Positions 39,301-64,000 of a stretch of 64,000 nucleotides of DNA are shown here, piece after piece (the first letter of the stretch is position 1; each line of letters opens with the position of its first letter). Made by a program: the position numbers and the translations under genes. Under the pieces are notes generated by a model. It was not told where the DNA came from and searched no databases. It saw only the letters and a program-made list of their open reading frames with translations. Source of the DNA: Phoronis australis (taxonomy: Eukaryota > Animalia > Phoronida); the NCBI GenBank assembly GCA_002633005.1, contig NMRA01000487.1, forward strand, positions 1 through 64,000. The letters are read 5' to 3'.

Positions 39301-42143
39301 ATATTGGGGAAAACATAAGAATTTTATATGATGTAATTCTATTTTCAGACCGTGACCCCTTTCCCGGACTCCTCTTAATGATCGATTTTGAAAAAGCTTT
39401 CGACTCGGTTTCCTGGTCTTTAATACTCAAGGCATTATCATACTTTAACTTTGGCCCAAGGTTCATTGACACGGTCAAAGCTCTTTACAACAAAATCAGT
39501 GTTGTTCTCCAACACTGATTTTTCTCTGAGTTTTTTTAAATGGGGAGAGGCTGCCGTCAAGGAGCCCCCATTGCACCTTACCTTTTTGTTTTATGTGTAG
39601 AAATATTGGGTAATTTAATTCGACGGAATGGTGGCATCACTGGGGTCAGGATAGGTGTTTGAGTTTAAACTGAACCAGTACACCGATGACACTTGTTTAA
39701 CTTTGGACGGCTCTGAACTAACTCTTAAATCATTTTTAAATTTAATTGACCAATTTGCGACATTTTCTGGTTTGAAGTCAAATATCGATAAAACGAGATG
39801 TGCTTGGATTAGTTCAAAAAGACCCTGACGAAAACCTTTGTGTCCATGAAAGGTTTGTTAGTCCATAACAAGTTTTCATGATGTATACTGCATTGCTTTA
39901 TGTGACATGTAATTATCATGCTAGAGCAAAATAAAAATATGAAAAAAGATTTATGTTCGTTTTAAAAATCATGTATACATTTTGAAAATACGTCATTAAG
40001 TAAACCTGACTATTTCCTTACTACAGTCCACCTTGTGCATCGCATCTGTCTTTCTATCAGCGAAATAAAGGACAAAATAATAAATCTATATTAACGATAC
40101 TATATGTAAAAGACAATACTCACAAGCATCGAGTACTCCTTCTAACCAGATTGTTTTTATTAACCCCTAAGCTTTTAGCATGGATTTGTGATTTATCAGT
40201 TTCAATTAAAATTTATTCACCCCAACCCTAATAAGGAGACCGTGCAAGTCTTCTACAGTAGCCAATCGAAACAGAATACTCGCTCATAGTTTCGGGTAAA
40301 ATTGAAATTTGAAAACTTGATAAAAAATCAAGCAATATCTTCAACGCCACGAAGCCATGGATGTGATAATCTATTGGCAAGACATATTGGGATTGACAAC
40401 CAATGTTGATTGATAAATAACTAATACGGTGGTGCTTTCACTGCTACCATACCGGTGCATACAGTGTTATTCTTAGGCCCTAGCGCAAGTTACTTCAATC
40501 AATGTCTCCAAAGGTATCCAAATACATGAAATCAGAATTCATTAAATGCACAACACTGTTGACGTCAACTGACAACAGTCCCGTGGGTTTATTAATTTCT
40601 ATCCCCAAAAGTCACTACTGTCAAATGATTCAAACATACGAAACGGGGTGAGGAGAAATTTGTTGTGAGCATATCTGATAGTTAATGAAAATTAAAGTTG
40701 AATAAAATGGTTGAGACTTTGGACCACCTGAATATGTTTTCATCCTCGGACACTGTTTCTTTTTGTATTCCCATTGATGGAGAATGCACCATGCTCTTTC
40801 TTAGAGATTCTTCGTCACATCAAATTCCATGGAAAGAATTCAGCTATAGCTCATTTCGAAGTCACGACAGTCGCTCAATTTTCAACTAGTTTTACGCCGA
40901 AAGAATGCATCCTAATCACGCTCCGTGTGTCTCCAAACACATGTTTCATAGTCATTAAACGTGACATACTGATACTTCGTACGTTACGTGTCCAGTGAAA
41001 CAATAATTCACTACAATTTGTTCGCACTAATAGAAGAATTGCCGTAGGGTAGTGTGAATACAGTAAGTAGGAAGCGCAAGACAGGTAGTAAACTGCGGGG
41101 GTGATCCCCTTCTGGCAAGGGCATGAATCTACAAATGTGTGTGACTCACGCACTAAGGGGTCATTATGTACATTGTTGTGAATACAATGTATGCTTTAGA
41201 AATAGGTCAAAGGAGTGGATGACGTGAGGAATTTCGATCGGAATGTCCCATATGCATTTTCATACCATTTCCACCTAATTTATTCACAGACAATAAATTA
41301 TGGGTGATATATCAGCAAATTTTTGGTTTAAATGTTTATTCGAAAGAAAAACCGTTAATAAAACTGGAAATGAAATACATAGGCCTGACGCGACCTATTG
41401 ACTTGGTTATGCAAATGTTATTATAATGATGTGTTTAAACGAAATGACACCAATAACATTTCAAATACGACCTGTAAATTTTACGCCCGTGCATTAAAAG
41501 AACAAATAAAGCATGAAAAGCAATTGAAACTTGATGAATTAATCGTCATCCAGGCTAGTAAGTAGGTCGATATGAGAGCAACCAAACCTACGGAACGTCA
41601 AGTTGAGGCAATACTGTGCTCTACGGGTCCGATTTTGTAGCACATTGCCTTCCATACATTATCTTATCACCCAATGAACCCTCCAAGATTAGGTGTCGCA
41701 CTTCAGGTTTTTTGGCAAACACTGTAAAACACTATCGCCCTGCTGTTTCATGACACTGGAGTTAAGGACTATGTCATGACCTTCGCAGTCAGGTAGACAT
41801 AAAATCGTGTTGATTTCAGGTGTTCCATTACTGTGAATAACTTAGATTATAAATCTAAACCTGTAAAATCGGTATTATGGAGCAACTGAAGTTACGTGTG
41901 GCATTCCGACGACGTTCAAACGAGATTCTAAAACACGGTATTTGCTTAAAAATCCGGATATCTAACACAGAGCCATGACTGTACTAATGAGCGCCATAAT
42001 GTTACAAATTAACTTACTATACTCAAAAATCTGTTGTCTTTCTCTATCACTTCCTTGACTGTATCTTGTTGGCCGAGACAGCGTAAAGCGAGAGACATAA
42101 ATAGTAAATACAACAACGTATACTCCAGTGCCTCCCTAGCCAT
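30321..42143 (-). CDS. Fasciclin-1-like cell adhesion protein with four FAS1 domains, signal peptide and hydrophobic (GPI/TM) tail. Exons 42143-42018, 38579-38417, 37294-37194, 36110-35965, 35261-35102, 34834-34666, 34446-34302, 33702-33534, 33094-32938, 32463-32316, 31876-31723, 30671-30321
   Basis: Four H1 motifs (YTVFAPVDDAF, GTLLIPNNMAL, VTVVAPVNNAY, FTLFAPTNEV) pair with four H2 motifs (NGRVYYINKVL, SGIVHIIDKLV, GVIHYIDRVL, NGALHIINDWL). N-terminal signal MAREALEYTLLYLLFMSLALRCLG; C-terminus INAFLVLLTLLCHRWTVWL. Phases are consistent. Confidence 0.9.
38874..39945 (+). mobile_element. Truncated L1/Tx1-clade LINE (RT fragment) in fasciclin intron 1, antisense to the host
   Basis: Encodes PGPDGF, KNWRPISLLN, QQGFMKGRYI, IDFEKAFDSVSW, RGCRQG.P..PYLF and QYTDD, with frameshifts. 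AATAAA/A-rich 3' end; 12-bp TSD AAGATTTATGTT at 38862-38873 and 39946-39957. Confidence 0.92.
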
Positions 42144-45100
42144 GGTCAGACATTTAAATCGTGCGTCGGTTAATGCGCAGGTTTAAAGGTAGCCTCAGGT
42201 AAGTGTTATGTATTGGCTTTGATCTATTTTTAGAGCATTACGGTGGCAAGGGAGCATTCATTATTTGGTCACTTATGAATGTGACGAAGTCTCGATAAGG
42301 GTCGCAATTGCGGCTATTTCAGTTGGGAGAGGGGGGGGGGGGGGNGGGGGGGGTGTATCGCGACTGAACTAGGAGAGTCAGCACAACAAATCCATATCTG
42401 AAAGGAACTCCGTTATGAAAAATACCCTTTCGGTAGAGCGGTTCTAATCTGCACAAAAAATTATTTAAACTGAGCCTTTGCCAAATCGCGAGAATTTCTT
42501 TTTCAAAATGAATCTTTCGGTAGAAATCCTAATGTGGCCCGGTCGTGAGTGCACTTAAATTCGGCACCTTTTCACAGGCAATCTGATCGTGAAACTTCTC
42601 TGTCGCACAGATCTTAGCGGAACGTCCTGCATGCAGCTTGGCCTTATGGTGTACGTGTCACTGGGCAATTTTAAAATGCAAACGGTCACCCGTGACTTAA
42701 AATCCATAAATTTTATACCTCTTTGCCCTAACAACTTTCTGTAATGATGATTGGTGCCCACACCTCGCAACCGAATGTAACAATACATCAATCCACACAT
42801 CACTTTAATTCATTTGCAACAAAGACTTCGCAATCATTAACGAGTATCTATGATTTAAACACATATGGTTAGACATGACTGACGTCAATTTTCTTGACAT
42901 CGCCGATTTTTATCATTCCTTCATCTGTTAGAAAATAACAGTATTCCATAAGCATCAGTTTAGCGAACGTTTCAACTACGTCTTCACGGAGATTGGCCTA
43001 CAGTCGACTTAACACATGTTTGTTAGAATATTTTCTTGATAACATATGGTCCAATCATTTATCTTTCCCCTATCTGTAACGCGCATAGGTTTCTAATCCT
43101 TGTTTACTGACCTATATGTCATACAGTGTAGACTTGTGTATCGCTTCTCTTCATGACCAACGCCTGAACGACGATGTTTCCCAAGTTGGGCAATCCTGTC
43201 AAGTTTCGTTCAGTTGTTTTGTAAAGGTTTTGCTTTATTATTGGACATTTCTGAATAAATTCGGTCTAAGCGTAAGAAGCTCAGTCAAGACGAAACAATT
43301 CACTAATGTCCATAGGGGGCGACTCTTCGAGTATATTCGCTGGCGTTGGCTCATGAAGAGTCGACCACCACCACCGCAAACTTACAAAAATCCATGCTAC
43401 CAGCCAAGAAAAAGACAGCAAGATGGGTTAAACGCGCCTTTAACAGATTTATAGAACATTTATAGGCCTAGCGCGTTCATATATGACTTTTGAGGTGGTC
43501 AGGCGTCTGACTCAGAATGTAGGCCCGCCTCTCACTGCGAGCGTTAGTGCGTCCAATAAGCCCAAGTCTTACGAGTGATTTAACCATGATATTTCGCCCT
43601 CAAATGAACAAAATAATATTCTAACGAATTGCACGATCACCACGGGCTATCAAAGACCGTAACTAAAAGTTCATCATTGGAAAATACGGTAAAATTTCAA
43701 TGCACAATATGGCGCACAAGTGAAATTTTATTTTTTTGATTTACCCTATGAAAAATTTGTAGCCCCAATAAAGTAGTACTTTTACATGTTCAAGGTTTGT
43801 ACAAAAAAAAACAATTGCAGGCGGTCCGATACACGTTGTACCAGACGTGCGCAAGCCTCGCATGTGGGCCCATTGCGCTGATCACCTGGAACCATTTTTA
43901 TGCTTTATTAATGTATGGTTAAAACCAAACTGAGGAGCTAGAAACCTGACATTCACATGAAATGTTAGAAGCCTTTTAAAATGACAAAAGTGCTATTTTG
44001 GTAATTACTGCAATTAGTGAGATTTTATTGAAGTCTTCTCATGGCTTGAATTCGGATTTGTCGGTGGAATTGAGGGCGGACGATAAGAAGGCAGATCAGT
44101 CGTTAGACTGATGAACGTTCACATGCCACATTGTTTTCAGACAGTCGACCTGCTTTGTGGCTGGATGGAATGAAAATGCTGTGTTAATACAATTATTTTA
44201 TGTTGTAGCTGATGAGATGACAGCAATAAAGTGAGCATCTTCAGTTTCAAATATCAAAGCTGAAATTGTGAACGCGAAATTGTTATTTTTTACAGAAGTG
44301 CATCATACTGAAATTAAGACAGGACTACCAAAAAATTTTCAATATTCAACAGGTTTTAGTAAAAACTGGGTCTCGGTTTTTAAGATTCGAAGTTACCACG
44401 GTTATAAGAGGCTCATTTTTGTATAGATATTTGTTCCTACTTTCATTCCTTTAAATGTACTTCAAGGTCACATGGGTTTGGGGATTTTTGTACTCAATCA
44501 AACATTATGATTAGTTTCCCTAATGATAGTATATAACATGCAAAAACCACTTTTTTATTCACCAACTCAAGTCTTGGAACTTTAAACTGACAAAATCCTA
44601 AAATTAAGGATTAGACAAAAAGCTGAGCATGAGTATTTCTTTTAAAAAACATTTTTTTGAAAGTTGGGGCAAGCGTTCACCTATAAAACACTCAAGAAAT
44701 GTGTGAAAATGTAATAAATCAACCACATAACAAATGTACACTATTAACAAGAAATGCACATCACAGTGTCAAAATAATCTCTAGGCTACAGGTATTGTTG
44801 GCGTTAGTTTCTTTAAAACACACAATTTCCTTCCTAGAAGTCTAATAACGATAAATTAAATCTCACAATTTAGGACATGATGTAGCGGAGAAATGACATC
44901 ATATTTTACCGTTTTTTCATAAAAAGCAAGTATCACCAAATTAAAATGGCTTTTCCATTTTTAGGTTCTATACCTAAGTTACATCAAGAAAATGTTTCAA
45001 GAGACTGCGGATGTTCAAAACAATTTTAGAAACCTTTCAAAAAATGAAGAAAAGATCGATTTTGGCAATTATTTTTTAGCGGAATTAGTGAGATTTTACT

Positions 45101-45840
45101 GTTAGCATGACAACAGATCTGTTCACAAAGGAACTAGATTTCAATGCACCTTTAAGTTAGTCTAATATGTCATTTGACACCTGAATTTAGCAGTACCCAT
45201 CACTTGCAGCCACAGAGACTCTTATAGGAGTTGAATGCTGTTCAAACAATACTAGAACACTTCACCACGATGATACAAGGAAACGTTCTACAACCTACTA
45301 GAAGAAGTCAACAGCACCATTCTCCTTTTTCCTGTGCCACAAAAGAAATTCACCAGAACAGGAGTCATTTTATCAACAATTCCAGTCAGATCTCTAATTC
45401 TGTCAATACAAACAATTACTTACTTGACGAATCAAAATACACCCATGGGTTCATGGCTATATCTTAGTATTTTAGCTTCCAACGAGTTGCAATCTTTGAC
45501 AAAATGGATCCGTCAAGTGTATTATCTCACATGTCTTAATACATTCCCCAGTCACATAGACTGTGTCAATGTTGCAGAGCACATTTTTGTAAACTGCATC
45601 CTTGTGCCTTCAACTGAAGTATCTTCCAGTGAAGCATGAACTCAACCACTACACAGGTTGTTAAATAACGGATCAAAAATGCTCTTTCAATCTCCAAGCT
45701 TGCAGATTTACCACCCGTGCTTTTGACCTACTATCGCATGGCCACTTCCAGTTTCTGTTCACATGCATGTGTTCCACAGAAGCGTCTTTTTGTATAAGAA
45801 ATACAAAGTCAATGTGCATGCTGTGACAGCTCTCCCTGAC

Positions 45841-47183
45841 TCACAGCTCCACCTGTTGTGCCTTTGACTGCAGTTTGGCTTGCATCTCAGCTGAGTGGAC
45901 TTGTTCCATTGTAAGCAGAGACAGACCCAGTTGATCCTCCTGAAAGATAAGACTGTTACTTTAATTTTGCCCATATTTAAATGGATTGTATCAAGCACAA
46001 CAACACTGACACAGTTTTAACAAACTAATATAATAATTAATACAGTCATTTTCTGTAAAAGACCACTTTTGGAAACAGTCATAACAAAATTTTACACAAG
46101 GTACATTCTTTCAGAGGACTTGTCATACATATACAGACATGCACCTAGGACTATACAAGTTTTGATACATTACTGAGCAAGAGGCATGTGCTCATTTGGC
46201 ATTTGTGGCTCTTGTCTACAGTTGCTTAACCAAATACAGCATGAACCTAATGGGAAATTAAAATATACAAAGAAATTAATCAGGTGAAATTTTTAAATTT
46301 CACTAAAATTAATTTAATAATTTAAAAACTATTTTAAAACCATTAATATCTGCCCAGTAATCAAACACGGCAGCGCTGTTGGCCCCACATTCAGGGGCTC
46401 ACCTGACTAAACGGTTGGGCCATCAGCCTGAGGAATCTTTTCGCCACCTGTACAGCCTCGTCGGTGGACAGGTTGCACACCCCATCCTTCAAGTGTTCCT
46501 GGATCCACCTTGGTAGTTTTCCCTTCTTGTCCATGCGGGCGAACCTCTGGAATAACAGAACACATTTGTCAAGCAAACTGATAACAGCTGCCATTTTGTT
46601 GAAGTAATCTCTATTGCAAACATGGATAACACTGACCTAACGAATTTAAATCTGATGAATATCTGAGACCGGCCAGTAAAAACTTGCAAATTTCAGATCA
46701 GATTTCATTGAAACAGGAAAGCTGCCAACGTAGGGGCTGACTGCAAACAAAAAGCACAGGAAAATGTCTCTGCGCTTATTATGCCACATTTCTAGGCTTG
46801 AGAAAAATGGCAGTTTGTGATGGTTCCAGACCAGGCATAGTCGCCAAGACAAAATGGCTGACAGAGGATTTTCATGCATTTTATTGTAACCAATCACAAA
46901 TCAGACAATGGATGATAATGCAACGATGGTGGCCAGTTTGAAAGAGCAAATGATTATAATTACGGGAAGGAAGTTGCTTTTGACGCAAATACTTGATGGG
47001 ATTATACATCCACGTTGTAGTTGGTTATCAAACCCTCACCTTGTCTGCAAAGCACATAATGCCGTAATCAGTCTTTCCCCTGAGTACCCGGCCCACACAC
47101 TGCGCTGCGTGCCTCATGGCATCGAATGTGAGGAAGTCATTCTCTCGAATCTGATACTGGTCCCGCAGATATTCTAGTCGAGC
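45841..47183 (-). pseudogene. ERCC2: Second copy of the last three ERCC2 exons (47183-47040, 46546-46403, 45939-45841); probably the alternative allele
   Basis: Same peptides as in copy B ([32 protein letters not shown]..., [16 protein letters not shown]..., EDQLGLSLLTMEQ...). Splice sites intact; no upstream exons in this copy. Confidence 0.7.
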
Positions 47184-47654
47184 CTGCAATTTAAATTGCA
47201 CATTTAGCATGTAAAGTGATAACGACAATAACAACAAGAGCAACGCGGAGCGTTGAAATGCGCCCACAATTGCACCGCATACGGTATCCTTCTAGGGTTG
47301 TTTATTTGTACCATAAAGTGGCCAGAAGAGGGCATACTTTGCAAAATGGAAAGGCATGGTCATTGTCTCCTCAATAGGCTAGGGGCAAAATGTGAGTAAT
47401 CTTCATAATACAAGCACATCCTATACACCAGTTGCTTAAAGCACCACAGAAACATAGAATTAAAAACAAATTTACCAACATACGAGATTAGCACAGCATT
47501 AGAATGCCAGAAACAAATTTCTACTNTACACGTTGTACCAGACGTGCGCAAGCCTCGCATGTGGGCCCATTGCACTGATCACCTGGAACCATTTTTATGC
47601 TTTATTAATGTATGGTTAAAACCGAACTGAGGAGCTAGAAACCTGACTCAATGG

Positions 47655-47736
47655 TTTAGCAGGGTGACCTGGTGGGACTCGAACCCATGACCCCGAGTAA
47701 AGAAAGCGGGCACTTATCAACCAGGCCACACTGCCT
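47655..47736 (-). mobile_element. tRNA-derived SINE head, present in copy B only
   Basis: Minus strand GGCAGTGTGGCCTGGTTGATAAG (A box) ... GGGTTCGAGTCCCACCAGG (B box). Absent at the equivalent site in copy A (~43950). Confidence 0.7.
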
Positions 47737-49675
47737 ACTTGTTTGTACAGTAGCTACTACCAGACAACATTTTGAGAAATTGTGGTCATTCACATGAAAT
47801 GTTAGAAGCCTTTTAAAATGACAAAAGTGCTATATTGGTAATTACTGCAATTGGTGAGATTTTATGGAAGTCTTCTCATGGCTTGAATTCGGATTCGTCG
47901 GTGGAATTGAGGGCGGACGATAAGAAGGCAGATCAGTCGTTAGTCTGACGAACGTTCACATGTCACATTGTTTCCACTTCAGACAGCCGACCTGCTTTGT
48001 GGCTGGATGGAATGCGAATGCTGTGTTAACATAATTATTTTATGTTGTGGCTGACGAGATGACAGCAATAAAGTGAGCATCTTCAGTTTCAAATATCAAA
48101 GCTGAAATTGTGAACGCGAAATTGTTATTTTTTACAGAAGTGCATCATACTGAAATTAAGACAGGACTACCAAAAATTTTTCGATATTCAACAGGTTTTA
48201 GTAAGAACTGGGTCTCGGTTTTTAAGATTCGAAGTTACCACGGTTATAAGAGGCTCATTTTTGTATATATATTTGTTCCTACTTTCATTCCTTTAAATGT
48301 ACTTCAAGGTCACGTGGGTTTGGGGATTTTTGTACTCAATCAAACATTATGATTAGTTTCCCTAGTGATAGTATATAACATACAAAAACCACCTTTTTAT
48401 TCACCAACTTAAGTCTGGGAACTTTAAATTGATAAAATCCTAAAATTAAGGATTAGGCAAAAAGCTGAGCATGAGTATTTCTTTTAAAACATTTTTTTGA
48501 AAGTTGGGGCAAGTGTTCACCTATAAAACACTCAAGAAATGTGTGAAAATGTAATAAATCAACCACATAACAAATGTACACTATTAACAAGAAATGCACA
48601 TCACAGTGTCAAAATGATCTCTAGGCTACAGGTATTGTTGGCGTTAGTTTCTTTAAAACACACAATTTCCTTCCTAGAAGTCTAATAACCATAAGTTAAA
48701 TCTCACAATTTAGGACACGATGTAGCGGAGAAGTGACATCATATTTTACCGTTTTTTCATAAAAAGCAAGTATCACCAAATTAAAATGGCTTTTCCATTT
48801 TTAGGTTCTATACCTAAGTTACTTCAAGAAAATGTTTCGAGAGACTGCGGATGTTCAAAACAATTTTAGAAACCTTTTAAAAAATGAAGAAAAGATCGAT
48901 TTTGGCAATTATTTTTTAGCGGAATTAGTGAGATTTTACAGTTAGCATGACAACAGATCTGTTTACAAAGGAACTAGAATTCAATGCACCTTTAAGTTAG
49001 TCTAATATGTCATTTGACACCTGAATTAAGCAGCACCCATCACTTGCAGCCATAGAGTTGAATGCTGTTCAAACAATACTAGAACACTTCACCACGATGA
49101 TACAAGGAAACGTTCTAAAACCTACTAGAAGAAGTCAACAGCACCATTCTCCTTTTTCTTGTGCCACAAAAGAAATTCACCAGAACAGGGGTCATTTTAT
49201 CAACAATTCCAGTCAGATCTCTAATTCTGTCAATACAAACAATTACTTGCTTGACGAATCAAAATACACCCATGGGTTCATGGCTATATCTTAGTATTTT
49301 AGCTTCCAACGAGTTGCAATCTTTGACAAAATGGATCCGTCTCGTGTAATATCTCACATGTCTTAATACATTCCCCCAGGTGCTAGTCACATAGACTATG
49401 TCAACGTTGCAGAGCACATTTTTATAAACTGCATCCTTCTGCCTTCAACTGAAGTATCTTCCAGTAGAGCAGGATCGCAACCACTACACAGGTTGTTAAA
49501 TAATGGATCAAAAATGCTCTTTCAATCTCCAAGCTTGGAGATCTACCACCCGTGCTTTTGACCTACTATCGCATGGCCACTTGCAGTTTCTGTTCACACG
49601 CATGTGTTCCACAGAAGCGTCTTTTTGTATAAGAAGTACAAAGTCAATGTGCATGCTGTAACAGCTCTCCCTGAC

Positions 49676-63627
<13,952 letters not shown>

Positions 63628-64000
63628 CTGAAAAGTGAACGGAAAAAGCAGTTCAAACACCTTGCCCGTTACAAACTTGGCCTGTAATGCTGCCGTATGT
63701 ACCATGTCAATAGACTTGTATACAGATTGCAGTAGACAAGAATTCTTCGATATCAGGAACTAGCTTCTTTCGTGTGGAGCAGGGAAATTGGCTATTTTTA
63801 ACACTATGTGCGCCCGGAGATATGATGTCATATCTCCAGGTGCACGCAGTGTTATGTCAGTTGCCGATTTGGGCAAGTCAACGAAGGACTGTTTGAAAAA
63901 AGTTTGATCACGGGAGTATTTGATCGAGTTGAAAGGAATTAAAGGCATTGACAGCCTCCTAAAGTGTGCCTCTATGTGCAAAGTTACTTATAGCAATGTG

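Noticed and set aside
42329-42354. Poly-G tract with an N (also a G-run at 267-278) as G-quadruplex candidates
   Set aside because: Homopolymer length is unreliable at an assembly ambiguity, and such runs are common in invertebrate repeats.
45231-45639. ORFs conserved between the two duplicated blocks (also 49058-49349)
   Set aside because: Conservation only reflects the duplication; they are antisense to the ERCC2 3' UTR region and lack coding signatures.
47660-47736. Possible tRNA gene
   Set aside because: A and B boxes are present, but acceptor and anticodon stems do not pair convincingly; called a SINE head instead.

Overview
Eukaryotic, intron-rich, AT-rich genomic DNA from a metazoan, most likely a marine invertebrate (inferred from the DZIP3-type HEPN gene and the MITE/LINE/SINE content). 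All gene models were spliced by hand using GT-AG sites and phase-consistent exons. From left to right: a two-exon standalone DZIP3-like HEPN gene (-); a complete four-exon Churchill gene (-), essentially missed by the ORF track; a Tctex-1 domain dynein light chain (+) behind a canonical RFX X-box; a 10-exon DBH-like/MOXD1 copper monooxygenase (+); a convergent 12-exon four-FAS1-domain fasciclin (-); and ERCC2/XPD (-), with its first exon probably beyond the window end. The last three ERCC2 exons occur twice in a ~3.5 kb tandem duplication joined at an N, probably two haplotypes assembled side by side. There are two truncated LINEs with target-site duplications, several MITE families and tRNA-derived SINE heads. 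The most notable unexplained arrangement is the Churchill-HEPN pair: the HEPN carries an RNxxxGH->RNFLVGY substitution and a Cys-rich insert, it has an in-frame splice route from Churchill exon 2, and Churchill intron 1 holds a candidate poison exon. No CRISPR array or prokaryotic system is evident. Family assignments come from motif recall, not database searches.
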